Shown: in pieces, positions 7,959 through 15,244 of the stretch
Layout: each line of letters opens with the position of its first letter
Position numbering within the stretch: the first letter of the stretch is position 1
Source: a virus
IMG/VR virus record: IMGVR_UViG_2627853991_000003
Location: 70 to 64,069 of that record
Direction: 5' to 3' (one strand)
Length of the DNA stretch: 64,000 nt
The notes under the pieces: generated by a model
What the model was told of the DNA's origin: nothing
Database searches by the model: none
What the model saw: the letters and a program-made list of their open reading frames with translations, nothing else
Made by a program: the position numbers and the translations under genes

Positions 7959-7993
7959 TGGCGGAGAGAGGGGGATTCGAACCCCCGAGGATC
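7959..7993 (-). other. 3' terminal about 35 nt of a tRNA-Ser gene (T-arm plus acceptor plus CCA) with no 5' half: probable attachment-site remnant or junction between tandem prophage copies
   Basis: The minus strand reads CTCGGGGGTTCGAATCCCCCTCTCTCCGCCA. This matches the 3' end of bacterial tRNA-Ser(GCU) (...GGGGGTTCAAATCCCCCTCTCTCCGCCA). Upstream sequence has no D-arm or anticodon arm. Confidence 0.55.
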
Positions 7994-8292
7994 GTCTGAA
8001 AATTAAGGGTTCGCGGGCAGTGCAATCCTAATTCCTGTCATTGCTCGTCATCCCGATCTCAGTCTTCGCCGCTCGAATACCCTCTTCCGCCCCAGTTCAA
8101 AGGCCGATACCACTGTATGCAAATTCAGTTGACAGGCTTGGGTCGCTCAATTTCATGCGGGATTGAGCTTCCGGCAATGCTGTAGATGCATACAGTGACG
8201 TGTCGTGCGAAGGCAGAAAAACACACACCATTTTTGAGCTAGGACGCGATTTTTTTCGGTGCTGGCTCAACCAGCACCTCCGACGCTCGATA

Positions 8293-9348
8293 TTACAGTG
8301 CGGTCGCGAGATTCTTGATCTCCTTCTTATAGCGGTCGACCGACGGATTTACTTCCAAGCGTTGCCCGTCGACGGCGAATTTTTGACCAGCTTCGAGCTT
8401 CGCCAACGGAATACGTTGCTTGCCGCTAATCCGTCCGCTCGAAAGAAAATCGTCCAACAGATAAAAGCAATCTGCCGGGTCGTCCTCCGAAAACAGGTCG
8501 GCGTACTTATTCGCGATATCCAGCGCGGCCTGCAGGAAATGTTGCGTCGAACTGTCGGGACGGTTCTTATTTTGGCGACTCCATCCGCAGTGCGTCATGG
8601 CAACTGCATGCACCCTTGGTACATTGCTGATTCCAGCCTGGTTGTTGAACTTGTGAAACTCGCTATTTGTGTCAGCAAGCATTTCGAGCGTCAATCGAAG
8701 CGCTTCAATCGAATGCTGATCAACCCGAACCGGGATAATGAGAGCATCAGCCGCGCACCAAGCCAAGTGCGTGGCTCCCCCAAAGAAAGGGCTCGTGTCG
8801 ATCAACACCTTACTTGCCTTGGTCTTCTCCTTTGCCCCGCTCGTGATTTTGGCCACTGCATTAAGAACACGCGCGCTTGGTGCCTTCACCCTCGTCCCCG
8901 ACAATTGCGAATATTGCGCAAGCGTGCTGTAAAGGAGGGACGGAAAGAGAAACAGCTCCTGCGACCCGGGTATCACGAAGCTACGTTTTCGCTCCCGGCC
9001 CGCAAAGGAATTGTTGCCAGCCACTACGCGAACCACAAGATCGTCATAATCAATGTCGCCGGTACCCGTCACTTCCGCGAGCAATGCATCGTAAATTGTG
9101 ACGTCAAAGCCTGACAAATCTTCTCCGAGAAGACTCTGCGTCATATTGCGCTGCGGACACAAATCCAAGACAAGCGTCGCGTCGTTCGCAGACACTTCGT
9201 ACGCAAGATTAAACGAGATCGTGCTCTTTCCGATCCCGCCTCGGAAATTGCTAACTGCGTAGGTCTCGAATTTCTGCGTTCGCGCCGGGACTTTCTGCCC
9301 GAGTTGTACACACGCCGCCCGCTCAAGAATCGCCTCTAGTCCGTTCAT
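8293..9348 (-). CDS. ParA/MinD-family ATPase (about 352 aa) with a about 150-aa C-terminal extension; no ParB partner nearby
   Basis: Deviant Walker A SNFRGGIGKST, then VLDLCPQRN and VLIDTSP motifs. Start ATG at 9346-9348. Confidence 0.75.
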   Translation of the reverse strand: MNGLEAILERAACVQLGQKVPARTQKFETYAVSNFRGGIGKSTISFNLAYEVSANDATLVLDLCPQRNMTQSLLGEDLSGFDVTIYDALLAEVTGTGDIDYDDLVVRVVAGNNSFAGRERKRSFVIPGSQELFLFPSLLYSTLAQYSQLSGTRVKAPSARVLNAVAKITSGAKEKTKASKVLIDTSPFFGGATHLAWCAADALIIPVRVDQHSIEALRLTLEMLADTNSEFHKFNNQAGISNVPRVHAVAMTHCGWSRQNKNRPDSSTQHFLQAALDIANKYADLFSEDDPADCFYLLDDFLSSGRISGKQRIPLAKLEAGQKFAVDGQRLEVNPSVDRYKKEIKNLATAL

Positions 9349-9364
9349 AGTCACCCCATATCGA

Positions 9365-9481
9365 ATTGTCGGCCGACATGCCAGCCCGACATGTTGTCGA
9401 TCATACATTCATATCGACAACATGTCTATCAATAGCATTTAACGACAATATGTCTATCTATCACCTTGGTAGACAATATGG
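9365..9481. promoter_or_regulatory. Cluster of palindromic/iterated GACA(A/T)(C/T)ATGTC sites upstream of the ParA-like gene (operator or centromere-like)
   Basis: CGACATGTTGTCG is a perfect palindrome. TCGACAACATGTCTATC and CGACAATATGTCTATC are direct repeats. A partial TAGACAATATGG follows. Confidence 0.5.
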
Positions 9482-9561
9482 GGCCTGATTATTATCCGAG
9501 TCGATCCACAATGTCAGCATCTCCAGCCTTCCATCTAATACGGGACCATGCGTTCGAATCG

Positions 9562-10236
9562 CTATTTAGGCGTGGGCTCCGCCACCATCTCGTCAGCCGG
9601 ATAGAGCTGCAGCATCGCGCGCGCGGCCTCAACGTTCGACGTCGTCAGCCACTCCTCCCAGTCGTCAGGACGCAAGATCACGACGGCCCTCTTCTCATCG
9701 TTCGGCTTGTGCATTCGGGAAAAGATCGGATGTCCCTCACCGCTCACCGTGATCATCGACATGGTGCGATGGTTTGCGCCGTCCGGGCCCGTCAGCGTCC
9801 GCCAGATACCGGCGACGCACATCGTTCGCCAGTCAGTCAGTCCGATCCGGTGCCATACGTTCTTCCCTGTCTCGTAGCACGGCTCGTAAATCCATTGCGC
9901 CGGAATCAGGCAGCGGCGACCCGCACGCCACGTCGGCCCGTATAGCGGCGACTTCCCAAGATTGTCGTCACGCACGTTCATCGTGCTACGCATGATCGGC
10001 GGCGCTTTGCCCTCGGCCTTCGCTGCTTCTATGTTCGCTTTCTGCAGCGCACGCGGCCAATAGCCGAACCCCGCGAGGAACGCCTCGACGCGCCCGTCGA
10101 TCATTGCCACCGTGGGCGCGAGATAGTCTGGGTAAATCTCCGGCTCCCAAGGCGTTATCTTCCATAGGTCGATCAAACCAAGCCGTAGCTCGCTGATGCC
10201 CGGCTCTTCATCGGGGGCGCGATAGTTGGTGCACAC
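9562..10236 (-). CDS. SOS-response associated peptidase (SRAP/YedK, DUF159) with abasic-site binding
   Basis: A GTG start with SD AAGAGG gives M-C-TNYRAP, with the catalytic Cys at position 2. C-terminal ...HRTMSMITVSGEGHPIFSRMHKP...RAVVIL.PDDWEEWL is the SRAP signature. Confidence 0.75.
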   Translation of the reverse strand: MCTNYRAPDEEPGISELRLGLIDLWKITPWEPEIYPDYLAPTVAMIDGRVEAFLAGFGYWPRALQKANIEAAKAEGKAPPIMRSTMNVRDDNLGKSPLYGPTWRAGRRCLIPAQWIYEPCYETGKNVWHRIGLTDWRTMCVAGIWRTLTGPDGANHRTMSMITVSGEGHPIFSRMHKPNDEKRAVVILRPDDWEEWLTTSNVEAARAMLQLYPADEMVAEPTPK

Positions 10237-10321
10237 GGCGGCACCTCTTTTCAGGGGATGGATCACTTCATCATAGTCCAAGATATACTGTATAAAATCA
10301 CATGTTTTCTCGTATTACGAA

Positions 10322-10963
10322 ATGATCCTGCCACCGTTCAATCCGCCCAAGCTACCCGAGATGACCGAGTGGTGGACGCGCTGCACGTATGCGGACGTCC
10401 AACGGCTGATTCTCGAAGTTCAGCACCAACGCCTCACGTTGTGGGAGCTCCGCAGTTGCATCGCCGATGCGTCGCGGCGGGCGCGCGCAATTGACCCGTC
10501 GTTGCTCGAGTATGGCGCGCCGCTACGGAGGCTCGGCTACATTGTCGAGAAGGAAATTGATCGTGCCGCCCCATTCGCCCGTATGCGAGAACCAGTCGCG
10601 CCCTTTTCGGACGAGTGGCGTGCCCGCGAAGAGCTCAAGTCCAAATGCTGGGAGTCTCCGGACGACACGCCCCCCGGCACATCGCCGAAATCGATCCCAC
10701 AATTTCAGCGGGTAACGTGGGCGGAACTGCGCGAGAAATGGCGCATCGAGGAAGGCAAGAAATTGGGCCGGCATACGCTCGAGCAGCGCATGGCTCTTGA
10801 TATCGCATATTTGCGAAGCAACATCGTCGGGAAGTCGCGAAAGCTCGTCGATGCAGCCCGAATTGAAGCAGAGAAAAGCGGAGTGCAGTTGTTCGCTCTC
10901 GACCGGTTGAAACGCCTTCTTGAAGTCGAACACGAGGATGAAGCGTTCAGCCATATCGTGTAG
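10322..10963 (+). CDS. Hypothetical protein (213 aa)
   Basis: Long ORF with protein-like composition. No recognisable domain. Confidence 0.45.
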   Translation: MILPPFNPPKLPEMTEWWTRCTYADVQRLILEVQHQRLTLWELRSCIADASRRARAIDPSLLEYGAPLRRLGYIVEKEIDRAAPFARMREPVAPFSDEWRAREELKSKCWESPDDTPPGTSPKSIPQFQRVTWAELREKWRIEEGKKLGRHTLEQRMALDIAYLRSNIVGKSRKLVDAARIEAEKSGVQLFALDRLKRLLEVEHEDEAFSHIV

Positions 10964-11068
10964 CGACGGATAGATGCGAGCGGCTCTGCACCTGACAGAT
11001 TCACCGGGTGCGCCGTGATTTTGCAGGCATGTACACTATGCGCGTCGAAAATTACAGGGGGCCAAGCG

Positions 11069-11551
11069 ATGCCGATCCGCTGCACATTCGTTTTGAACAA
11101 TCAGCCGACGTCCGCTTTTCATTGCCCAGGCGTGGGCACTCTGCCGGCGTTCTCCGGTCGCAGTTCCGGCCGCGACAATCCGGAAGCGACCGCAATCGAA
11201 AAAATCGGCCCGATACCGAAGGGCGTCTACTACATCGTAGACCGTCAGTCTGGCGGAAATCTCGGGTGGCTCTATGACCTGTGGGGCCAATTCGGGTACG
11301 GCACGTCCGATCACACGAAATGGTTCATGCTTTGGAACAGAGACACGGGCGATAGCACGTACGTGGGTAAAGTAAAGCGCGGCGCGTTTCGCCTGCATCC
11401 GATTGGCCCAATGGGGCTCAGTGAAGGATGTATTACCGTTACCAACACAGCCAGCTTCGAGAGGTTCGCAACGTTCCTCCGCAAGAAGGGTGCGGACCTG
11501 ACGGTTCCGGGCACCAGCCTGAAGGCCTATGGCACGGTGGAAGTGAAATGA
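11069..11551 (+). CDS. DUF2778/Tlde1-like L,D-transpeptidase-fold toxin domain protein (about 160 aa)
   Basis: ...LPAFSGRSSGRDNPEATAIEKIGPIPKGVYYIV...RGAFRLHPIGPMGLSEGCITVTN carries the His..Ser-x-Gly-Cys catalytic motif. SD AGGGGG lies before the ATG at 11069. Confidence 0.65.
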   Translation: MPIRCTFVLNNQPTSAFHCPGVGTLPAFSGRSSGRDNPEATAIEKIGPIPKGVYYIVDRQSGGNLGWLYDLWGQFGYGTSDHTKWFMLWNRDTGDSTYVGKVKRGAFRLHPIGPMGLSEGCITVTNTASFERFATFLRKKGADLTVPGTSLKAYGTVEVK

Positions 11552-11835
11552 AGAGGCTCGGGAAATTCGCGCTCAACACGATCATTACGCTCGTTGGCGG
11601 ATGGGCACTCGCCAACTTAGTGATTCGGCTTCCCATCGAAATGCCCGGGTTTCTGGACAATGGCATCCGCGCCGTGCTGAGCCTCACCGGACATCCTGAA
11701 CTCGCGAACCCGGATGACATGGAGGTACTGGCGATGACGGCGATTCTCATCGCTTCGATCATCGTTGTCGGCATACTCGTCGCCATTGCGAACATCGCCA
11801 TTAAGCGATCACTTGCTCGCAGGACGGCTCATTGA
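11548..11835 (+). CDS. Small polytopic membrane protein (95 aa), overlapping the toxin stop; candidate immunity protein
   Basis: ATGA start/stop overlap. Translation MKRLGKFALNTIITLVGGWALANLVIRL...AILIASIIVVGILVAIANIAI has 2-3 transmembrane helices. Confidence 0.45.
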   Translation: MKRLGKFALNTIITLVGGWALANLVIRLPIEMPGFLDNGIRAVLSLTGHPELANPDDMEVLAMTAILIASIIVVGILVAIANIAIKRSLARRTAH

Positions 11836-11922
11836 GTCTCCTCGAAGTGGCAAGGCATCAGGCCGGACTTATGGGTCGCCGCATAAAGCCCCGGCCGAGC
11901 GACCGGGGCAACAGAAGTATTA

Positions 11923-12819
11923 TTATTTGACCGGCTCGATACCCCAGCATTGCGCGGACCGCCCCTCCTCCGGGATGGCCTCGCGGTTGTACTTGCACTT
12001 GTTGATCGTATCGAGCGCGACCTTGTAGCGCTCAACCAGCGGATCGACGATGCTCGCGATCTGGGCGTCTTGCGCGACCTTGTCCGGCGTGTTGCAATCG
12101 GCGCCCATGTGCGCGACATCCGGCTGAGACGTACCGCCAACTGTATCAACTGGAAAGACGTTGTTATTCGCAGCCACTTCAATGGCTCGATAAAGCGCTT
12201 TAGACGCGGTCGGATACGTCGTCAAAACAGCGCGTCCGGCTGCGTCGACCGAACTGACTACCTTATCGGGAGCGCACGACATGATCGGGAGGGCGGCGAA
12301 TACCACCCGCCCTTTCATATACTCTCGTTCCACGTAGATCAGCAGTTCGTTTTTGAAGCGATCCACCATCTCCGACTTCTCGTTCGAATCGATATAGCCC
12401 GTCATGTCGTCGAACTGGAAATTGACGAGCACCCATTCGCTGATGTTCGTTTTCGAGTTATAAACTTCGTCGATTGCCGGGCCGATTCCGTTGTTCTCGG
12501 ACATGACGAGTTGGTGCAACGTCGTTCCATTGACAATGCCGGGATACACCCCGACATCCGCGCCGCGGGCCTTGAAGGCATCTTGAAGTGCGGCAATGGT
12601 GGCCGCGCCATCCGCCGAGCTGCTCTGGCCCGATAGGTTGCTCGAAACGTTGGCACCCGCGGCCATCGCCCGCGCTCGTTGCTCCGACACCAGCGGCGCG
12701 CCCGAATAGGTGAGCTTAATCGCCGGGCCAGACGATCCCCCACCACCATCATCCCCACCGCCACATGCGGAAACGTAGAGGCAAAGCGGAAGCGCCATGT
12801 AGGCGAAGGTTCTTTTCAT
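11923..12819 (-). CDS. Lipoprotein (about 299 aa), unknown function
   Basis: Signal MKRTFAYMALPLCLYVSAC plus a Gly-rich linker (lipobox VSAC-GG). It sits in the prophage moron region between lysis and the attachment site. Confidence 0.55.
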   Translation of the reverse strand: MKRTFAYMALPLCLYVSACGGGDDGGGGSSGPAIKLTYSGAPLVSEQRARAMAAGANVSSNLSGQSSSADGAATIAALQDAFKARGADVGVYPGIVNGTTLHQLVMSENNGIGPAIDEVYNSKTNISEWVLVNFQFDDMTGYIDSNEKSEMVDRFKNELLIYVEREYMKGRVVFAALPIMSCAPDKVVSSVDAAGRAVLTTYPTASKALYRAIEVAANNNVFPVDTVGGTSQPDVAHMGADCNTPDKVAQDAQIASIVDPLVERYKVALDTINKCKYNREAIPEEGRSAQCWGIEPVK

Positions 12820-12880
12820 ATTCGATCTCAGGTCCATAGATGTTGTTCACTTCATGAGCCGCCGAGTTTACATTCGATTT

Positions 12881-13422
12881 TCATTTCTGACATCCAGGCG
12901 ACTGCGGCCGGATCGCGCAGACGTAACCCTGGAGGGCCGTCAGTTTGTCGATCTCGCGCTGATCGTCGCCGACGACGCCGAAAACGCGTTCCGCAACCGC
13001 TGCGTCGACGTCTGCATAGGCGGCGGCACCATCGCCCACGCCGGCGGCGCTGGAAGCGCCGGGCATGCCGTCGCGACCGGCTGCCGTGCAGCGTCGGACG
13101 GCGACGCGCAACCGCTCAGTGCCAGCGGCAAGAGCAGCCCGCAGGCTGTGATTCTCAGCTTCATGCTCGTTCCTCTCCTTCGTGGTTCGTTGGTCGACGG
13201 CGGCCACCGCCGACGCGGCTGCGTCATTCGCGGCGATCGCGCGTCGCTCGGCGTCGAGCGTGGCACGCGAGATCGCGCCCAACGCTTCGGCGTGCCGTTG
13301 CGCATCGAGCGCACGCGCGGCCTGCTCGTCGGCGAGCCGACGCGCGCCGATCAGGTACTCGGCGCCCGCGCCTGCCGCCATGCCAAGCAAGGCGGCCAAC
13401 AGATACGGAGCTGCTTTCGGCA
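12881..13422 (-). CDS. Rz-like i-spanin
   Basis: N-terminal transmembrane helix (YLLAALLGMAAGAGAEYLI) plus an Ala/Arg/Glu-rich coiled coil. It lies directly after the endolysin stop. Confidence 0.65.
12940..13164 (-). CDS. Rz1-like o-spanin lipoprotein embedded in the +1 frame of Rz
   Basis: MKLRITACGLLLPLALSGC lipobox followed by a Pro-rich segment (ACPALPAPPAWAMVPPP), entirely inside Rz. Confidence 0.6.
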   Translation of the reverse strand: MKLRITACGLLLPLALSGCASPSDAARQPVATACPALPAPPAWAMVPPPMQTSTQRLRNAFSASSATISARSTN

Positions 13423-13965
13423 TCAGAGCCCCCGCTCGCAGATCGCGCGCTCTTCCGCACGCCGCTTCACCAGACCCGGTAGCGTGTCGCATACCGGCAG
13501 AAGCTTTTTCGTTTTCGGGTCGATAACGGTCCGGCAGTTCGCAAAGACCCACTGCGGCCGACCGCTATCGGATTCGTTGATCGCGCGGCACGCGCCGCGC
13601 AGGTCGCCCGCGTTGAAGCGCTTCGCCGTCGTGCTGTTGCAGTAGGCATGCGCGCCGACGTTGTATGCAAAGCTCACGGCCGCCGCGAGCTGATACGGAC
13701 GACGTCTCAGCCCCGGCGTGCAACGCAGCACGGGTTCGGCGTGGGCGATCAGTTGCGTTTCGAGTGACGAGCGACACTCGGCCTCGCTGTACGCCCGGCC
13801 GACGACGACATCGCGCGTGTCGCCCATGCACTTTGTCGGGATGCCGATCGGATCGAGATACCCGACCAGTTTGACGCCCTCGAACTTCGGGACGACGGAA
13901 AAAAGAAGGGCTGCCGCAGCAGCCCCCACAACACCCACAAGAGTCGTCCTCCGCATTTCAGCCAT
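13423..13965 (-). CDS. Endolysin, GH24 (lambda R/T4-type lysozyme) with an N-terminal signal-anchor (SAR-type)
   Basis: FEGVKLVGYLDPIGIPTKCMGDT fits the catalytic Glu...Asp...Thr pattern. A hydrophobic N-terminus LVGVVGAAAAALLF precedes it. Confidence 0.75.
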   Translation of the reverse strand: MAEMRRTTLVGVVGAAAAALLFSVVPKFEGVKLVGYLDPIGIPTKCMGDTRDVVVGRAYSEAECRSSLETQLIAHAEPVLRCTPGLRRRPYQLAAAVSFAYNVGAHAYCNSTTAKRFNAGDLRGACRAINESDSGRPQWVFANCRTVIDPKTKKLLPVCDTLPGLVKRRAEERAICERGL

Positions 13966-14200
13966 CGTGCCTCTCCATCTCCAGAATGCGCATGTCCGAT
14001 TCGCGCTGTTCCCGGCGATCCTTGCGCCACATAAAAAAGAAGTTGAGCCCAAACGTCGCGATTGCCGTCATGATCCCGACGATCACGCCGATATCCGTCA
14101 GCGTCAGTGAAGACGCAACAGCTGTAACACTTCCAACATAACTCGCCACCTCACTCGGACTCGCTCGCATCAGCCCCTCGCAATGAAAAAGGGCCGCCAT
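13958..14200 (-). CDS. Holin (about 80 aa)
   Basis: Two transmembrane helices (VASYVGSVTAVASSL, IGVIVGIMTAIATFGLNFFF) and a charged C-terminus WRKDRREQRE. It overlaps the endolysin start. Confidence 0.55.
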   Translation of the reverse strand: MAALFHCEGLMRASPSEVASYVGSVTAVASSLTLTDIGVIVGIMTAIATFGLNFFFMWRKDRREQRESDMRILEMERHDG

Positions 14201-14213
14201 ATTTGGCGACCCG

Positions 14214-14954
14214 CTAAACGATTCCCGTCCCGTCAAGCACCATGAATCGCGAGTGATACTGCTCGCGAAAGCATGCGATATTCGGCGTTCTCCCACCGTT
14301 GTACAGCGCCGTTCCCCAAGACACATTCCCACCGTCAACGCGAATCGACGAGAGCTCAACCACCCCCGGGTCATAGCTCCACGCTCGATGAACGGAGTAG
14401 ATAGCGGAAATCAGAACTGGCACGCCGTACGACCGAGAATGCCACGGCGGCGAAGGTGCGCCCTCGACTGTCCACCCAACACCGTTCATGTAATCCTCGA
14501 AGATCACATCGAGGACCCGGAGAAACGGCTTCGACGAATCCGCGACCAATCGTCCGCCAGCATCGAAAACCTGCAACCCGAAGTTTCCCGCGGCGACGGG
14601 TACTTGGTCGAACACGAACAGTCGGACGTTACATGGTCGCTCGGTGACAAACGTCACGGAATACGAACTTCCGTTTCGCTTCGCACCCCACAGCGTGATT
14701 CCCACTGCGCCAGATGCGAGTACCGCGTACATCGGACCCGCCACTGACGAGAAAGTGAAAGTGACACTCGGAAGATCTATCATGAACGTCCGCCCAGCAT
14801 CATTCCGTGCCAAAGGCAACGAACCGACCGCAGAATCCGCCACCATCGATTGGACCATCTGGTAGTTCGGCGTTCGCCCGTCGATCTGATACACACCGGT
14901 ATCAGTGAATGCCTGAAATCCTGCCGGCATCAATACACTCCAAAAACGATCCAC
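14214..14954 (-). CDS. Tail-associated protein with repeated G(F/L)Q(A/V)F-D..G modules
   Basis: Two copies of the motif (GFQAFTDTGVYQIDGR and GLQVFDAGGRLVADSS). Downstream of J, as in phiE125-like phages. Confidence 0.45.
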   Translation of the reverse strand: MDRFWSVLMPAGFQAFTDTGVYQIDGRTPNYQMVQSMVADSAVGSLPLARNDAGRTFMIDLPSVTFTFSSVAGPMYAVLASGAVGITLWGAKRNGSSYSVTFVTERPCNVRLFVFDQVPVAAGNFGLQVFDAGGRLVADSSKPFLRVLDVIFEDYMNGVGWTVEGAPSPPWHSRSYGVPVLISAIYSVHRAWSYDPGVVELSSIRVDGGNVSWGTALYNGGRTPNIACFREQYHSRFMVLDGTGIV

Positions 14955-15244
14955 CCGGGGACTCGGGTGTACGCGTTCGATCCGCCCGAGTTCGGGCTAT
15001 ACGACCAACTGATTCCCCCTGCATTAATCGAGACGACCGGCGACGGCTCGGCGCCCGATACACGAAAGAAAATCTGTTGCGGCACGAAGGCCCAAAACGG
15101 CTCCCCACCGGACATATCCGCCGCGACACTCCCATCGCTCCCGCCAGCCCAAGCAATCCCAACCACCCGTCCCGCTCGCGACTTGGCGTCGAGGATCGGA
15201 CGACCTGCACCGTCGAAAATCTGAAGTCCGCTCGTCATCACCAC
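14930..15244 (-). CDS. Tail-associated protein (104 aa) carrying the same repeat motif; overlaps the next gene by 25 nt in another frame
   Basis: GLQIFDGAGRPILDAKSRAGRVVGI. The stop at 14930 overlaps the start of 14214..14954. This may be a frameshifted single gene. Confidence 0.4.
   Translation of the reverse strand: MVMTSGLQIFDGAGRPILDAKSRAGRVVGIAWAGGSDGSVAADMSGGEPFWAFVPQQIFFRVSGAEPSPVVSINAGGISWSYSPNSGGSNAYTRVPGWIVFGVY

Noticed and set aside
8258-8281. Hairpin GGTGCTGG-ctcaa-CCAGCACC just downstream of the ParA-like gene as its terminator
   Set aside because: On the minus strand the stem is followed by an A-run rather than a U-run. It may be a weak or bidirectional element, so not called.
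12679-13645. Long ORFs 12679..13482 (+) and 12854..13645 (+)
   Set aside because: They are antisense to the Rz/Rz1/endolysin genes and have Arg/Pro/Ala-rich compositions typical of alternative-frame reads of high-GC DNA.
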